From: Eledone cirrhosa
Taxonomy: Eukaryota
NCBI GenBank assembly: GCA_964016885.1
Contig: OZ024748.1
Coordinates: 10,292,001 to 10,356,000 of the forward strand
Direction: 5' to 3'
DNA length: 64,000 bases
This document shows positions 38,001 through 52,649 of the stretch, one piece after another. Position 1 is the stretch's first letter, and each line of letters starts with the position of its first letter. Below the pieces are notes generated by a model, which was not told where the DNA came from, ran no database searches, and saw only the letters and a program-made list of their open reading frames with translations. Made by a program: the position numbers and the translations under genes.

Positions 38001-40667
38001 TCGATATATCAGACATTTTAATGATAGATATTAACACACTCACTTCAAATATATCTAACATCATAGAATGTATCAAGTAAGTAACTTGTTTAAATACAAA
38101 AGAGAAAATATATATAAAAAAAAGACATTATTTTACAGACACACAAACAGGAAAACAGACGTTAAACAATGATTAATATATATATATTATATACACATAT
38201 ACACAGAAGAGAGAGAGATGTGAAAACACAAATGCAAACTATTATACAAGAGTGTACAACTATACACATGAAAACAAACATAAAAGTACACGTGCACATA
38301 CATACACAACAAAACAAAGAGGTGTGCTCACAAAAATATTCAAATACATACAAATATATATAATTAAATGAGCATTGAAACAAATACGCATCGCTACATA
38401 CAAAGGTATATTTCATGTGTAAATATTTATGTATCTTTGTGTTACTTCCCACCAAGACAGGTTGCTTTCAATGCAGCATATACTTTTCCATAGTTCCTTA
38501 CTACAACCACTTAACAGTATAAGCTGGGGGGCTGTTTATGCCACTGGTACTGCCAGGACTAAAGTGCCGTTTATGTCAGATACATACTTATTCAGAATTA
38601 CTACAACAGCTTGCAATTACAACAAAACATTTTTCATATAGTGTTAGGTCTGTTTAGTGGGTCCAACTCCACAGACAACTGATGTCATTATAGGGGAGGA
38701 TCCACATTTCCTGATAGTGTATAACAGAAGAAGAAAGGGGTAAGATAAGCAAGGGGGCTCATTGTAATGATCTACAGCTGCCAGAAATAATCTAGACAGG
38801 CCCTTTACATGATGGACATAAAATTATGCTTTTTGTTAGATAATGACTTGGGAGAGGGCAGATTGATGCCGTGACATATGAACCCACCAAAACATTTAGC
38901 ATTTTCAACGTATTTACCATTCAATATTCATCCTAGAGACCATCAATACTCAACATGTCTGTATGTGTAGGTGTTTTGCAGTGATATATAAAACACACTC
39001 AACCCACATTGTAAAGGGCTGGTGCCACAATAAAAACATACAGTACACGCCGTGAAGTGGTTGGTGTTAAAAACATCCAACCACAGAAACCATGCCAGAG
39101 TGGGATTTATGAGTGAGACATAGTATGACCTATCTAGCCTCAAAATGAGGCAACTCATAAGATTCATTCATACAAGCATGGAAAATAGTTGTAAAATGAT
39201 TTATTTATATAATAATGTAATAGTCATCTTTTAACATCTGCAATCCGTTAGGAGTTAGACAGGTCCACTGACCCACTAAGAAGGCCAGGGATCTGCATCT
39301 TGCTTACATATGGTTTCATATTCTACCAAGTGTATTAGCACAAGAGAGGGTGTTATGTCCTTGACACAACTGAAGAGTCCTACCAACTCTTTGTTTCGGA
39401 AGCTTGCTACGGCATCCAACCACTGTGTGTAGATATGTGTGTGTGTGTGTATAGTCATTTAATATCCATTTCCCCATAATAGCATGGATCAGCCAAGTTG
39501 TCCCATTGTGAGACAAGTCAGATCAGATGTTTCTGGTTGGTTCATATGACTAGATGCCCTTCCTAAGGCCAACCACATTTACAGTGTGAACCAGGTGTTT
39601 TTTGTCATGTCACCAACACAACCACCTTTACAGAATAGACTGGGTGTTTTTTGTTTTGTTACCAGTATGACCCTTTTACAGGGTGGACTGGGTGTTCTTT
39701 TGTCATGTCACCAGCTTATACATATTAGCCAAGTTAAAGAGTTGTAAATCATTATAACAACATTATACATCATCATCATTTAATGTCCATCTTCCACAGG
39801 AAACCGTGTCTCGCTCGTACAGAATTGTTTCTGGCAGGTTTTCTATGGCTGGATGCCCTTTCTAACACCAGCCACATTTACAGTGGACTGGGAGCCTTTT
39901 TATATACAGTATATATCAATAGATAACTTGCAATTTTTCTACTTAACTAACGGGCTCAGAAAAACAAAACCCAAAAAACATCTGCAAGTGAACTCCTTCC
40001 TATACCTTGCTCAGGGCTTGAAATTCACAGCATCCCAAATTACTGACTATGTAGGACAGGTTAATCATGTCACTATACAATTTATATGGACATTGGTTTC
40101 ATAAATCAAACTCAGGTTTATGAGGTTACACTCAAAAACAAACAATAACTGCTTATGGATAATTTGATTTGTCCACAATTCAAAGACATGTGGTGACAGG
40201 CATTTCATATCAGACTAGTGTGTAGAAATAAGTGAATGGTTAATAAAATTGAATGAAATCATTGTGTTTATTTTATTGTAACCTAGCCTCAGGAATTTAT
40301 ATATACCTTCCACCCACAAGTGCAAAAACGGATATAGGTGTGTCTCTATCAGCCAATGATATTGTGGAAACACACGGCCTAGTGGTTAGGGTGTAGGACT
40401 CAGATCATAAGGTTGTGGGTGGTGCCTTGTGTTCTTGAATAAAATACTACATTTCCCATTGATTTTCATGATGAAAGTGGGGGACCTTATTAAAAAGCCC
40501 AAGAAGCTTCCTATGACATGTAACATCATAGGAAGCCAGCTAAACTGACATAAGTGTGAGCTGTAACAACAACATTGACAGAAATTAATAGTATAACTAG
40601 ATACTGTCTACAGTGTGAACATGATTTATATCTCACAAAGTTTCACACAAAGCAGTAGCAGAAGTGT

Positions 40668-40882
40668 TTAACCCTTTAGCAGTTAAACCAGCCGTATCTG
40701 ATCAGAATCCTCTCACTTTCTGTTCAAACCAGCTGTAGCTGGCCACTCATAGTGAAGTTAAGGTATATAAATAAATATCAAAACCTCAGAGATTTGATAC
40801 TATGTGAGCTAATTATGTGAGAAAGCATTTTCTGTGAAAATACAATAGTATATATAGAGTAATGTAAATGCTCAAGAGTTAA
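40668..40882 (+). mobile_element. piggyBac-type MITE copy
   Basis: Same family. Confidence 0.8.
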
Positions 40883-41477
40883 TTCTTAATATCCAGTAAT
40901 ATTTTAGTATAAAAGATATGAAGAAAGGGGTTTGTTAATTCAAATAATTATAGTATCTTTACTACTGAAAAAAAAAACAAATCACTTTAAAAAATATCAA
41001 ATAAAAACTAATTTTTAATGAAAATCAGTCAAAGTATTTTGCAAGAATGTTGTGTTAGTGTGGTTTCCTGTGGTTCAGGACATTAAGAGTAAAAATATTT
41101 CTTCACTATTTAAACATTTTAAATGCTGTTTCAATTTGAGATTAACATTTAAAAATTTCTTTTCAATTTAAAAAGTATTTCTTTTGCTAAATCTGAATAT
41201 TTGATGTGCAAATAAAATAAATCTGAAGACCTTATTTAAAAAAGTGTGGCAACTTTGTATGCATCATTGCACAAATTGAATAGCAAAACTGAGTGTAAAC
41301 CTAAATATGCCGACATTATCAAAATCAAATTGATTTTCAAGAAAAGAACAATTGTCTGATGCCCTACAGCTGGTGCACTTTTGCACCTTACACTGTTAAA
41401 ATTTAAAACTCACTTTCAAAATGTTATCAGTTCGTTTTGGAGTATGTGAACTATATACTACTACTTCGACTGCTTGT

Positions 41478-41735
41478 TCCTGGGAAGGATGGGAGGAGGG
41501 GGCAGAGTCACCAAGTACTCCTTCCAGCAGGTCCTGCCAGAAGCAACTGTGGGATATTATCCAACCATCTTGCTTGGGGTCTACACCTGGGTCTCCTGCC
41601 AGTTGGTTTTGCCTGTAAAATCTATCCAGCAATTCTTTCCTGAGACATGTTTGTAATATCGGAGCTGTGATCTCTAAGATGTAGCAGCTCTATGTGGAGC
41701 GACTTTCTGATCTCCAAGCTACTGAACACATTGCT
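41478..41735 (-). mobile_element. RTE-clade LINE 3' fragment
   Basis: Minus frame reads AKPTGRRPRCRPQARWLDNI, resembling the GxRxRGRPxxRW tail of RTE ORFs. Related copies at about 48988-49245 and 28115-28285. Confidence 0.65.
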
Positions 41736-41952
41736 CATAATTAGAGAGGAACATTATACACAAATACAGAAATTATTTCTGTCTACAACTTTTGAATATA
41801 ATAGAATGGTAGAGAAAAAGATAGATTGAAAAGGGAGTGAGAGGTAATGAGGGAGAGAGTGAAAGTAAGACAGATTGGAAAAATGAGGATTAAAAGAAAT
41901 GAAGGCCAATGAAGGGTATGGGTGACATCTTACAATTCTATTGTAAATTTCA

Positions 41953-42140
41953 TAATTGTTTCTACTTTTGGCACAAGGCCAACAATTAACCAGTACATTA
42001 CTGGTACTTTATTTTATCGACCCCCGTAAGGATGAAAGGCAAAGTTAACCTCGGCGGGATTTGAACTCAGACCATAAAGGGCCATAACTCTTTGCTGTAA
42101 AGCATGGCGTCAGACCCTCTACCGATACTGCCAATCCAAA
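41953..42140 (-). mobile_element. Second SINE family, young copy
   Basis: Near-identical to 43225-43410. Confidence 0.85.
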
Positions 42141-43224
42141 ATTTCATAATATAGCACAGATTGCAATTAAAGATCATCACCACTACTACTATTTAATGTC
42201 TATTTTCCATGGGTTAGACAGGCTGTCATGTTATGAGGCAAGATGTGACTACACTTTGCTCATATGCTCCATTTTGGGTCTCGTTTTCTCCAGCTGGAGG
42301 ATGCCTTTCCTAATACCAACTACCATACAGTGTGTACTGGGAACTTTTCTTGACACCAACACTACTACATTACAAAGAGTACTGGGAATATTTCTTGTAG
42401 CACCACCACTAACAACCTTTTGACTATGTGGGCTCATTAATTCTGAAATATATTTGATTAGACATATAAAGAAATGGAAAAAAGCCTACAAAGTTTAAAA
42501 CCCCGACAACGGATGAATAAAGTTGATAAGTAGATGGCATAAATGGCCATTTGCATCATCACCGCTTAATGTCTATATGCTTGCATGGATTAGAAGGGCT
42601 GTCAGATTATGAGGCAGGACAAGTCAGGGGTTCGTGTCTTGCTCATGTGCTCTGGTTTTCTATGACTGGATACCCTTCCTCACACCAAGCTCCTTATAGT
42701 GTGCTGAGAGATTTTGTCATGTAAATATACAAAACTTAATTCGAAAGAAATACGAAGACTGTCTGTTGTATTGTAAACACTTGTCTGAGAAAAACAGTTA
42801 ATATGCCATTTAAATAAACTGCCCCATATTTTACCCTCTCTACCTAAATTCCCCAGCATATCCCCTCCACACACACATCTTTCACACATGGCATGTGTCT
42901 ATCATAATCTCTATATTCCCCATCTCATATTCTATTAACACATAATACAAGCAGAGAATTTGCAGCAGTAGGCTCTATTTTTCTTCCACTAATCCTTTCT
43001 CTCTCTGATCATGGAAATTGTATTCTACTATGCATTACCTCTCTCTCTCTCTGTATATGTGTGTGTGTGCGTGTATATATATACACATATATAGTTTTGC
43101 AACCATGTTACTGTTGGTTCACCAACTTGAGTACTCGATGCACAGGTGGGTCCATTTAAATATAGTATGTGGTCTTATACATTTGGTGTTATACTATGGT
43201 CAGTTTCCAGAGTGTAATAATAAT

Positions 43225-43410
43225 AATTGTTTCTACTTTTTGGCACAAGGCCAGCAATTACTCAGTGCATTACTGGTACTTTATTTTATCGACCCCGTAA
43301 GGATGAAAGGCAAAGTAAACCTCGGCGGGATTTGAACTCAGACCATAAAGGGCCGTAACTCTTTGCTGCAAAGCATGGCGTCAGACCCTCTACCGATACT
43401 GCCAATCCGC
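43225..43410 (-). mobile_element. Second SINE family, young copy
   Basis: Near-identical to 41953-42140. Confidence 0.85.
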
Positions 43411-44834
43411 TAATAATATATATCATTACAACAGAAGGTCTATAGGGAACAGGAAGCAATTTGTTAGAAAAGCTTGTGTAGATTTTATAAAAAGTTACAC
43501 AGAAAATAAATATATAGATACAATTACTTAATGCGTATTATAGTGGATATGGTACAGATTAAAGTTTATATCAAAAAGCAACACGATTATCATGATATAG
43601 GATGCAGGATATAATTTATATAAACTATCTTGACAGTGTGTGTGTGTATATATATAAATACATAATCGGAGACAAATATATATATATATAGATATATATA
43701 TGAGAAAGATAGCCGGGGTACCAACAGCTGAGCTCTTGCAGTTTTGACAGCCAATCCCAAGTACTCTGCTGAATAATGGTTTTACTAGTTTAAAACTGGT
43801 AAAATCCATATATATATGTATGTGTGTATGTATATATATAAAAGCTGTATTAGAAAATCAAAATGTGTTCAGTCACAACAAATAGAGCTTTGTAGTGCTG
43901 GTACCACGAAATATGCACCCAGTACACTCTGTAAGGTGGCTGGTGATGAGTAGGGCATCCAGGTGTAGAAACTAAGCCAAAAAAAAATAGGCAGAGTGAA
44001 CTCATCAGTTGTCATGGGCACGGCAACCACTCTAATGTTGGTGATGATAAAACACCCCAAATACACTGTAAAACAGTTTGTAGTAGGAAGAGCATCCATC
44101 CGTAAAACATTTACCAAACAAAAGGTAATGATGAGTGACAACCCTTCAGTAGTGTCAAAGACATGAAGACCTCTCTCGTGTTTGTGCCTCAATGAAATCT
44201 TGTCTAACCCTTGTTAGCAGGGAAAGTGGATGGTAAATGATGTTTAGACTTGGGAACCAAGTTGATACACATATACATTCATTTTGGTCTGTCCTCAACC
44301 CACCCAAATCTGAAATTCCTCTGGTCCCAAGTATTTTGGATAAAGGACTCTCAACCTGTATATATAAATATATGATTGTATGATAACGAAGTCTACTTCA
44401 CAACCACATTGCTTCAGGCCAAGCAATGCCTTGTGTGGGAAATTAGAAGGAAACTTTAAGGAAGCTCACCATGTACATATGTGCATTTCTGCCTATATGC
44501 GGACAGGTTGACATTTATTTGCGTCGTCACCCCACCATATATATATACACACACATTCTTTTACTTGATCTAGCCAACAATCTATGGTTATGCAAGGGCA
44601 CCATCGTAACTGTTGCTATCCTAACAGCCCCGCTCTTGTGTTTAGGTTTTGATGAATGAGGAAGTTAGATTGTGTTGCCTATCAGGCATCAGTTTGTGTC
44701 AAAAGACAAGCAAAATGCAAACCCTTCAACATGTCTGGGAGGTCAGTAGCCCTGCTTCAGAACTGACTTGGTCTGTGTAGACCTGTCCAACCTTTGCTAG
44801 CAATCAGATGTTAAACGTTGATGATATATATATA

Positions 44835-44987
44835 TAAATAGAAACAACAAAGCAAACAACATAGTACAATGAAGTAAACTATTAGTTCAACGCTTGATGT
44901 AGTAGGAAAAGAGTTTTACGCTTTGGACACTAATCCCTATATATATATATATATATATATATAGGGATTAGTGTCCAAAGCGTAAAA
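44835..44987. mobile_element. Second copy of the same Penelope-like remnant, ending in an inverted duplication around (TA)n
   Basis: Shares ttagtt.aac.cttgat.ta and ggacactaatcc with the 1740-1935 element. TTTTACGCTTTGGACACTAATCCC (44914-44937) is mirrored at 44964-44987. Confidence 0.45.
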
Positions 44988-45886
44988 GCAATATATATAT
45001 ATATAACGGTCGGAGATACATCAGTTCTTCTGATGACTGATTCAATATTATTGGACGACCTGTCTAACCCATGCAAGTTTGGAAGAACTGATGCTAACTA
45101 AATAGATATGATGATGATGATGATATATATGTATATGAATTCATATCTTATCTGCCTTTGCTCCAGTGAGTTGACCCTCTCCCAGTAGCACTTCTACAGT
45201 CAATATTTATGTAACACTATTGAATTGCTTAGAGTTCTGTTGTTAATTTAACTCTATGTAGTGGCCTTAGTTGAGAGCAATAGTTCAAACAACTTGAGAA
45301 CAAATGACCCTCACAAGACCACCATAGTTTCTCATACTCTCACTCTGAATTATCTTAGAATCAATCCAGTTAACCAGTCACATGCACTTTGCTACCATCT
45401 TAGTAATATACACATGAAACAATGCACAACCAAACATATTGATCCCCAGATCAAACGTGGACTAATGTACCTTGATTGTAATGTATGAGTGGGATGTTAA
45501 AGGATGGCTTTAAATTTTCCAACCAACTTGTATATTAGAGGTTTTGGTGCAGATTGCCTGTGATAGTTTCCTAGTGTCAGAATAGCTAGTGAGTATGAAT
45601 GAATGCATGTATAACCGAGGATAAATTTAGCAATGGTTAAAAGACAGTACACCGAGGGATTCCACTCCATATTAATACATGTGTGTGTATATAAGCACAT
45701 GCATGGCTGTGCAGCTAAAAAATTTGCCTTGCAATCACACTATTTTGAGTTCGATGCCACTGTGCAACACCTTGAGAGAATGTCTGCCATATGAATAAAT
45801 TTTATAGGCAGAAACTGTGAAGACGCCTGACATATATGTAAGGATATGTGCATGTGTCTGCTCCCATGCATCTTCATATGAACTCT

Positions 45887-46169
45887 TTAATCCTTTAGCA
45901 TTTAAACCAGCTGTATCCAGCCTGAATTCTACCACTTCTTTCTGTTCAAACCAGCTGCTCATACCAACGTTAAGGTTTTGTTCTTAAAATGAATAATATC
46001 GAAATCTCAAAGATTCAATATTATGTGAGCTAATTATGTAAGTTAAGGCCTTTACCATGAAAATATAATAGTAAATATAGAGTAATGTTAATGTTATGTG
46101 AGATAATTATGTAATTTACCATGAAAATATAATAGTAAATATAGAGTAATGTAAATGTCAAAGGGTTAA
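45887..46169 (+). mobile_element. piggyBac-type MITE copy with internal tandem duplication of its 3' part
   Basis: tttaccatgaaaatataatagtaaatatagagtaatgt occurs twice (about 46051 and 46115). Ends in AAAGGGTTAA. Confidence 0.8.
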
Positions 46170-46220
46170 CCACATGGAAGAACAGATATTAACCCTTTAG
46201 CATTTAAACTGGCTGTATCC

Positions 46221-46980
46221 ATTTTTAAGGCAGTGTTTTGCAGCTAGATGGGATATTTTTTAAGGCAGTGTTTTACAGTTGGATGGGGTATTTTTTAAGG
46301 CAATGTTTTACAATTGGATGGGGTATCTTTTAAGGCAATGTTTTACAGTTGGATGGGGTATCTTTTAAGGCAATGTTTTACAGTTGGATGGGGTATCTTT
46401 TAAGGCAATGTTTTACAATTGGATGGGGTGGGGTATCTTTTAAGGCAATGTTTTACAGTTGGATGGGGTATCTTTTAAGGCAATGTTTTACAGTTGGATG
46501 GGGTATCTTTTAAGGCAATGTTTTACAGTTGGATGGGGTATCTTTTAAGGCAATGTTTTACAGTTGGATGGGGTGGGGTATCTTTTAAGGCAATGTTTTA
46601 CAGTTGGATGGGGTATCTTTTAAGGCAATGTTTTACAATTGGATGGGGTGGGGTATCTTTTAAGGCAATGTTTTACAGTTGGATGGAGTATCTTTTAAGG
46701 CAATGTTTTACAATTGGATGGGGTGGGGTATCTTTTAAGGCAATGTTTTACAGTTGGATGGGGTATCTTTTAAGGCAATGTTTTACAATTGGATGGGGTG
46801 GGGTATCTTTTAAGGCAATGTTTTACAGTTGGATGGAGTATCTTTTAAGGCAATGTTTTACAATTGGATGGGGTGGGGTATCTTTTAAGGCAATGTTTTA
46901 CAGTTGGATGGGGTATCTTTTAAGGCAATGTTTTACAGCTGGATGGGGTATCTTTTAAGGCAATGTTTTACAGTTGGATG
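46221..46980. repeat. Minisatellite of 35-bp units TCTTTTAAGGCAATGTTTTACAGTTGGATGGGGTA with 40-bp variants, about 20 copies
   Basis: Directly visible. Explains the repetitive ORF 46494..46958. Confidence 0.97.
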
Positions 46981-48562
46981 ATGTTCTTGGTGACAACTCT
47001 GTCCTGCAAGAATATGATGTGCCTATACTAAACTGGACATTACGTAGAGACTCCTTTGATTCAGACATACACATACAAGTATACACACACACATACAAAG
47101 GTATGGGCGTGAGTTCAGTAAGATTTAGTAGCTATTTCTATCAAGTTTAAGGAATACTTGCAATGTGTTTGGTTTTCTCACATATGCAGTAAATGGTAGT
47201 GAGTGATTTGATTGGTTGAAAGAAACTTCATGAATCATACATTTAGAAAATTCCTTTCCTTTATCCTTTAACAGTTATATACCACATGAAAGCATATTAG
47301 CAATACATTCTTTAACATTATAAGACAACACTATATGACTGCATCACATTAAAAATTGATGGCTTTAAGATATGGCGCATTTTCACAACTATATGCTCAC
47401 TAGTCAAGATACTGACATCATTTGAATCAAACCCATTTTAAATTATTTTTTACTAAATCATTACAGGATGTTAAGAGTAAAAACAAACCCCACCACCACC
47501 TCACAGTTTGTGCATGTGTGTGTGTGTATATATATAAAGGTAGTTAAATTATGTGACCCCTCCAAGCCCCTGGCTACAGCCATTTTAACTTCACATACAG
47601 TATATGTACAGAAGTTGAGAGAGGAAGCAAATTTTAAATAGTAAAAGCTTATGTGTATGATTATGTGTGTGTGTATATAAATGTAATGTGCAAGTGGATG
47701 TATATAAATGTATATGTATATACATAAATGTTTGGGTTTACAAAATCAAGGAAAAGGGTGATGAATATGTATGCATTCATACACACATAACTTGTTGATA
47801 CACATACATCCAAAGACAACTACATATGTGAGCGTGTCAGTGTGTGTGTGTGTGTGTGTGTATGAAAGAAATTGAGGAATATGCTGCATAGCAACATTCT
47901 ATAATCTGTATCCATAGTAAAAACAGAAAAAGTCAATAATTTCTGTAAAGAAGCTTGTTTACTCTTTAATCCTTTACAAGACCCATTCATTAAGATTATC
48001 ACCACAAACAACTGATAATTGAATATAAAAGGATGATAAACAGAAAATTTAGCATCCTTGAAGATGAGGACAAGTAAGTACTTCATAGCAGATATCACAA
48101 GATATCAACCTGAAATTAATACATGATTGCAGGACAAGAAAAAGTTTTTTAAAGAATAGAAGAAAAAAAAGGAAAAAAAGGATATGAATAAAATAAAATT
48201 TAAAAAGTCCAATATTCATTTTAATCTACCATATATACTTGTGTGTAAGTCACACATTTTTTTCCATAAAATTACATGAAAAAAAACCAGCAAGTGATTT
48301 ATTTATTGGACCTACAAAACATCAATTCAAAATATATGGTACATTGCAAATGTATATAAAATGGAAGGACTTACACATGGGTATATACGGTAGATGTTTG
48401 GTTTTTTATATATATTATTTGCTGCATCACGAAACAAAGAGAGAGAGAGAAAAGAAAAAAAGAGGAAAAAGAAATGAAGAAAGACATCACTCCAAATGGA
48501 AATATCTAAAATGGTGTACTTTGAAAAATTAAAAAACAGTTTTAAGTTTAAGTTCTGCTTAC

Positions 48563-48688
48563 CTCACTCTTAGTGTCTAGGTTTCCGTCACGATGTTGTA
48601 AAACATATGCCACTTTTATTACGTGTTCAAGTTTTCGGGGTTGTTCTTCCACCTTGGCAGCAAGGTACAGACAAACCGAGCCCATTTG
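48563..48688 (-). CDS. CCNT: Cyclin T coding exon 3 (126 nt), [42 protein letters not shown]
   Basis: Translated by hand (not in the ORF track). Contains [25 protein letters not shown] acceptor and GTAAGC donor, phase 0/0. Confidence 0.97.
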
Positions 48689-50184
48689 CTGTTAAACAAA
48701 ATAAGATAGGAATTAGTTTTAAGCCTTCTTTCATAACCATATTTCTAAAGAAATATATTTGAATTGTTTCAATTAATTTTGAAAATAACCAAACATTTGG
48801 AGGGACTTAATAAAATAACTATGATTTTGATTAGTAAGCTGATTTTTAGAACATTACTTACGAAAAATGTCTAACATAGAATTATGATGGATGGTTTTAT
48901 TAAGAAACATTTCAAATGAGCAGCTTTGTATCATAAATCTGGAGTGATTTGGTACCAAAAGAGTTAGAGCTATCTTTTCTTCAACTTATTCCTGGGAGGG
49001 CCATGGAGACCGAGTCCTCAGACATGCCTTCCAGAAGCAACTATCTTCTGAAACAATAGACTCTAAGCTCACAGATGTTAGCCAACCATTTTGCTTGTGG
49101 TCTGCCTCTGAGTCACCTGCCAGTTAGCTTTACTTGTAAAATCTGACCAGCAATTCTTTCCTCAGACATTCTAACCACATATCCGTAGCACTGGAACTAT
49201 AGTAGCAGCCTCTATTTAGAGTCACTCCCTGATGTCCAAGCTATACACCCTATCAAGTAACTTTATTCCTACGATCCTTTACATTAGCAATGTATTATTT
49301 TGGCCATTACCCAAGATTTATCACCATAGATATGGGTAGCAAATTGAAGATAGCGAGTTTGGCTTTTACACATACTTCTTATTGCTGGAGCTGGCATACT
49401 ACTGCACCAGCTCTAGCAACTCTTGCATTTAAATCATCATCATTTAACATCCACTTCCCTGCTAGCAAGGGTTAGACAGATCTACATATAGACCAAGTCA
49501 GTATTGAAGCGATGCTACTGACCTCCCAGACAGGTCTGCATCTCACATACAGTCATACGTTCTATTGAGTGCAGAGGTTAAGTTGTGTCTTTTGACACAA
49601 ACTGAAGAGTCCCAACGATCCTGTGTTTGGCAAGTTTTCTACAACCGGATGATCTTCCTAACACCAACCACATTACAGTGCGTACAATCTTAACTTTAAT
49701 CATTAGCACTGTTTTACATTCATTTTTCCATGCTAGTATGAGTTGGACAAGACCTTTTTGAGGCAGTTTTTCTATAGCAAAATTTCACTGATTTACACTA
49801 CACACCAATATTGTTTATGCTAGAATATAAACAAACCACAGATTGTATAAGCAGTGTCAACAGGATGTATTTGGGAACTGCCATTCACACACCTGCATCA
49901 TCACCGTTTAACATCTATTTTCCACACTAGCATGGCTTAGATAGGTTGTCCCATTAGAAGTTGAGTCAGGTGACAGTGTCTTGCTCATATAGAACTGTTT
50001 CTGGTTAGGTTTCTATGGCTGGAGGCCCTTTCTAACGCCAACTGCATCTATTTATATATATACATACAAAGGACTTCTGCACAAGTGGACCCAAGAACAT
50101 AGCAAAAGACACTTGCAAAAAGTACCATACAGAGAAATTGAACGGGGGGGGGGGGGGGGGTCGATAAAATCTAGCCAAGTTTCA

Positions 50185-50550
50185 AACAGTTGAAGTGCAA
50201 GTTAAAGAATCGAAGACAATTTTGACACCACAAAATAAATGTGATGTGAGAGGAAGGCGCAGTGTCCATAGCCTTGACAGACCTTCCAAAGCCAATGAAA
50301 TTGATGCAAGTGATGTTCCACTCTGTTTACAAATCAATGGCCAGTAGGAAAGACATGCAGGGAGTTTCATAGGATCTGGACATAGTGGTTGGCATTGGGA
50401 TCCTTGGTGTTGGACACAACATGGGTGATGAAAGAAGAGATAGACGAATAAGTAAGTTGGGAATGCTTGAATGGAAATAGTAAGAGAGCCAATCGAAGGA
50501 GCGGATGTCATTGTAATAGCAGTAGCTATTAAAGTTTCCAAGATGTAATT
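50185..50550 (-). mobile_element. Possible highly decayed LINE ORF2 fragment; similar-looking segment at about 55600-55990
   Basis: Non-microsatellite, coding-like composition with only scattered LINE-like peptides (for example GIPVVIFKR in ORF 55748..55939). No intact RT motif. Confidence 0.3.
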
Positions 50551-52240
50551 GGGGTATTCTTAGATTCAGCTACATAAGTCTCACTTATATTTTATTAGAG
50601 ATAACAGATTTTATGAAGAGCCCATTTGATAAGTCTGAGGTTGTCTTAATATAACCACAATATCAGATTAAAAAACCCAACATACCACAGTTGTCAGTGA
50701 CTAATAAATATCAGAAACTACATGTCTGATTAATAGGTTTTCATCAAGAAATACCATGAATTTGCTAAATTAATTAATTTACAAATTAACTAATTTGTTC
50801 TATTAATTTCATTAACTTCTCGGGTTTCAAATTCCATTACCTTAGCGAGATTATCAATTCTAAGTACTTTAAAATAGTCAAGTAGATATCAAATTGGTAG
50901 GATTGTTTGGTTGTAGGAGGCAGGCAAACACACACACACACACACACACACCACATTTTGCTATATTTGTTCCAGCTCTCTAAGCTTTGAGTTCAAATCC
51001 TCCCTAAATTAACTTTGCCTTTCATCCTCTCAGGATTGATAAAATGAAATACCAATCCATGTCAAAGGATTGGTGCAATTGTTAGAACTTTGGATAAGAT
51101 ACCTTGCATTCCGAGTTCAAATCCTGCTGCAGCCTTCTCATGTGGTAGACTTAATACCATCATCACCTTGCCCTTAGGTACCTCTAGTATATAGGACCCT
51201 ACAATGTTTTAAGTGATTGAGTAAACCCCTCTTCCTCCCTGCCCCACATTAGTTTCGGAGACACTTCCCTTCTATGATTATACAGTAAAAAACAATACAT
51301 AAAAACATGTATTAAAGTACTGGTTCACAAATCAGAAGTTTAATACATGTTGCATGCGATTCATTGTCTCAGAACAGAGGCTCTAATTCTAAATCTACAC
51401 TGTCTAATTTGTAAGGAATAAACACCAAACTTAGACTGTCTGGGTGTCTCAATTTGTCTCATACATTGAACTTGATAGAAAGGTGATGCCATCTATGACA
51501 TTCACAATGTAGCAAATTTTGGTATCAAAATTAATACCTACTAATTAAACACACCATGTTTAACAACACAAAATGGCCCTTGAGTTGTTTTGAGCAGCTT
51601 TTTTTGTGTGCATTGCAAATATTCAAATCAGATCACCAGTTATCTCCCCTGTCATTTTATTATTGCATATAATTGGACTTATAGATAGATGGCTAGTGCC
51701 CCCCTTCTAAGTCCAAACATTGACATCAGCCACACAAATCTCACCAGTGTGTGACCAACTAATTTCATGTTCAATACCCCACCACATCTATCTTAGAGAT
51801 TAAGTACCAACTCCCCCCAAAATGAATAGCATGAAATCCCAATTACTGCATTTGATGGCATAAGTAACCTGCCTCATTTAAGAAAAACAAATTCTCAGGT
51901 AATTTCAGGAAAGCATCCAGTCACAGAAAGCTTGCCAAACAAAAAAACATGATTTCTCTGCACTCAATAGAACATATGACTATAAGTAAGCCTCGCTCCA
52001 GTATTGATTTGGTCTATGTAGACATGTCCCAACCCTTGCTAGCAGGAAAGTGCTAAACTGTTTAGCCTTTTCTTGATGAAAAAAAATAAGCCATAAAATA
52101 TGGTATGTTAGCTCTTCGTAACAACTAGGACAAATGTAAAATGATTAGAAAATCAAAGTGTTTAAACTAACAAAGATTTTCCACACTCACACAGATTGAC
52201 ATTATTGTTAATGTAATAAACACAAAACTGTAATACTTAC

Positions 52241-52322
52241 ATTCCTGCTGAATTTTTGGAAACATCGCAACATATAAAATCTATGCATGTAGACGATAGC
52301 AGTGTTAATACACAGCTGAGTA
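52241..52322 (-). CDS. CCNT: Cyclin T coding exon 2 (82 nt), TQLCINTAIVYMHRFYMLRCFQKFSRN
   Basis: Contains the cyclin-box motif INTAIVYMHRFY. CAG acceptor at 52325-52323 and GTAAGT donor at 52240. Phase fits exon 1. Confidence 0.97.
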
Positions 52323-52438
52323 CTGTGAAGATGTGTTAAGGGAAATTTGAAGTACATTTGAGAAAACAAAAAACTAAAAAACATTTTCAATTAAAATAAT
52401 TTGAAACAAAAAATGATTACAGACAGACTTACATACAC

Positions 52439-52469
<31 letters not shown>

Positions 52470-52649
52470 CTGCAATGCTAATCAAGGGAGAACTCAAAGC
52501 ATAGGGAGATGCAGTGGGTATAAAGATAGGTAAAATCCTAACTGTGGCACCAAACGGTCGGGATATTACATATCTCTCTCAAATATATATAAAGTGTCTT
52601 GCTCAAGGAAACAACACATCACCCGGTCCGATATATATATATATATATC

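Noticed and set aside
46494-46958. Repetitive 154-aa ORF or CRISPR-like look
   Set aside because: Head-to-tail minisatellite with no unique spacers, in a eukaryotic intron.
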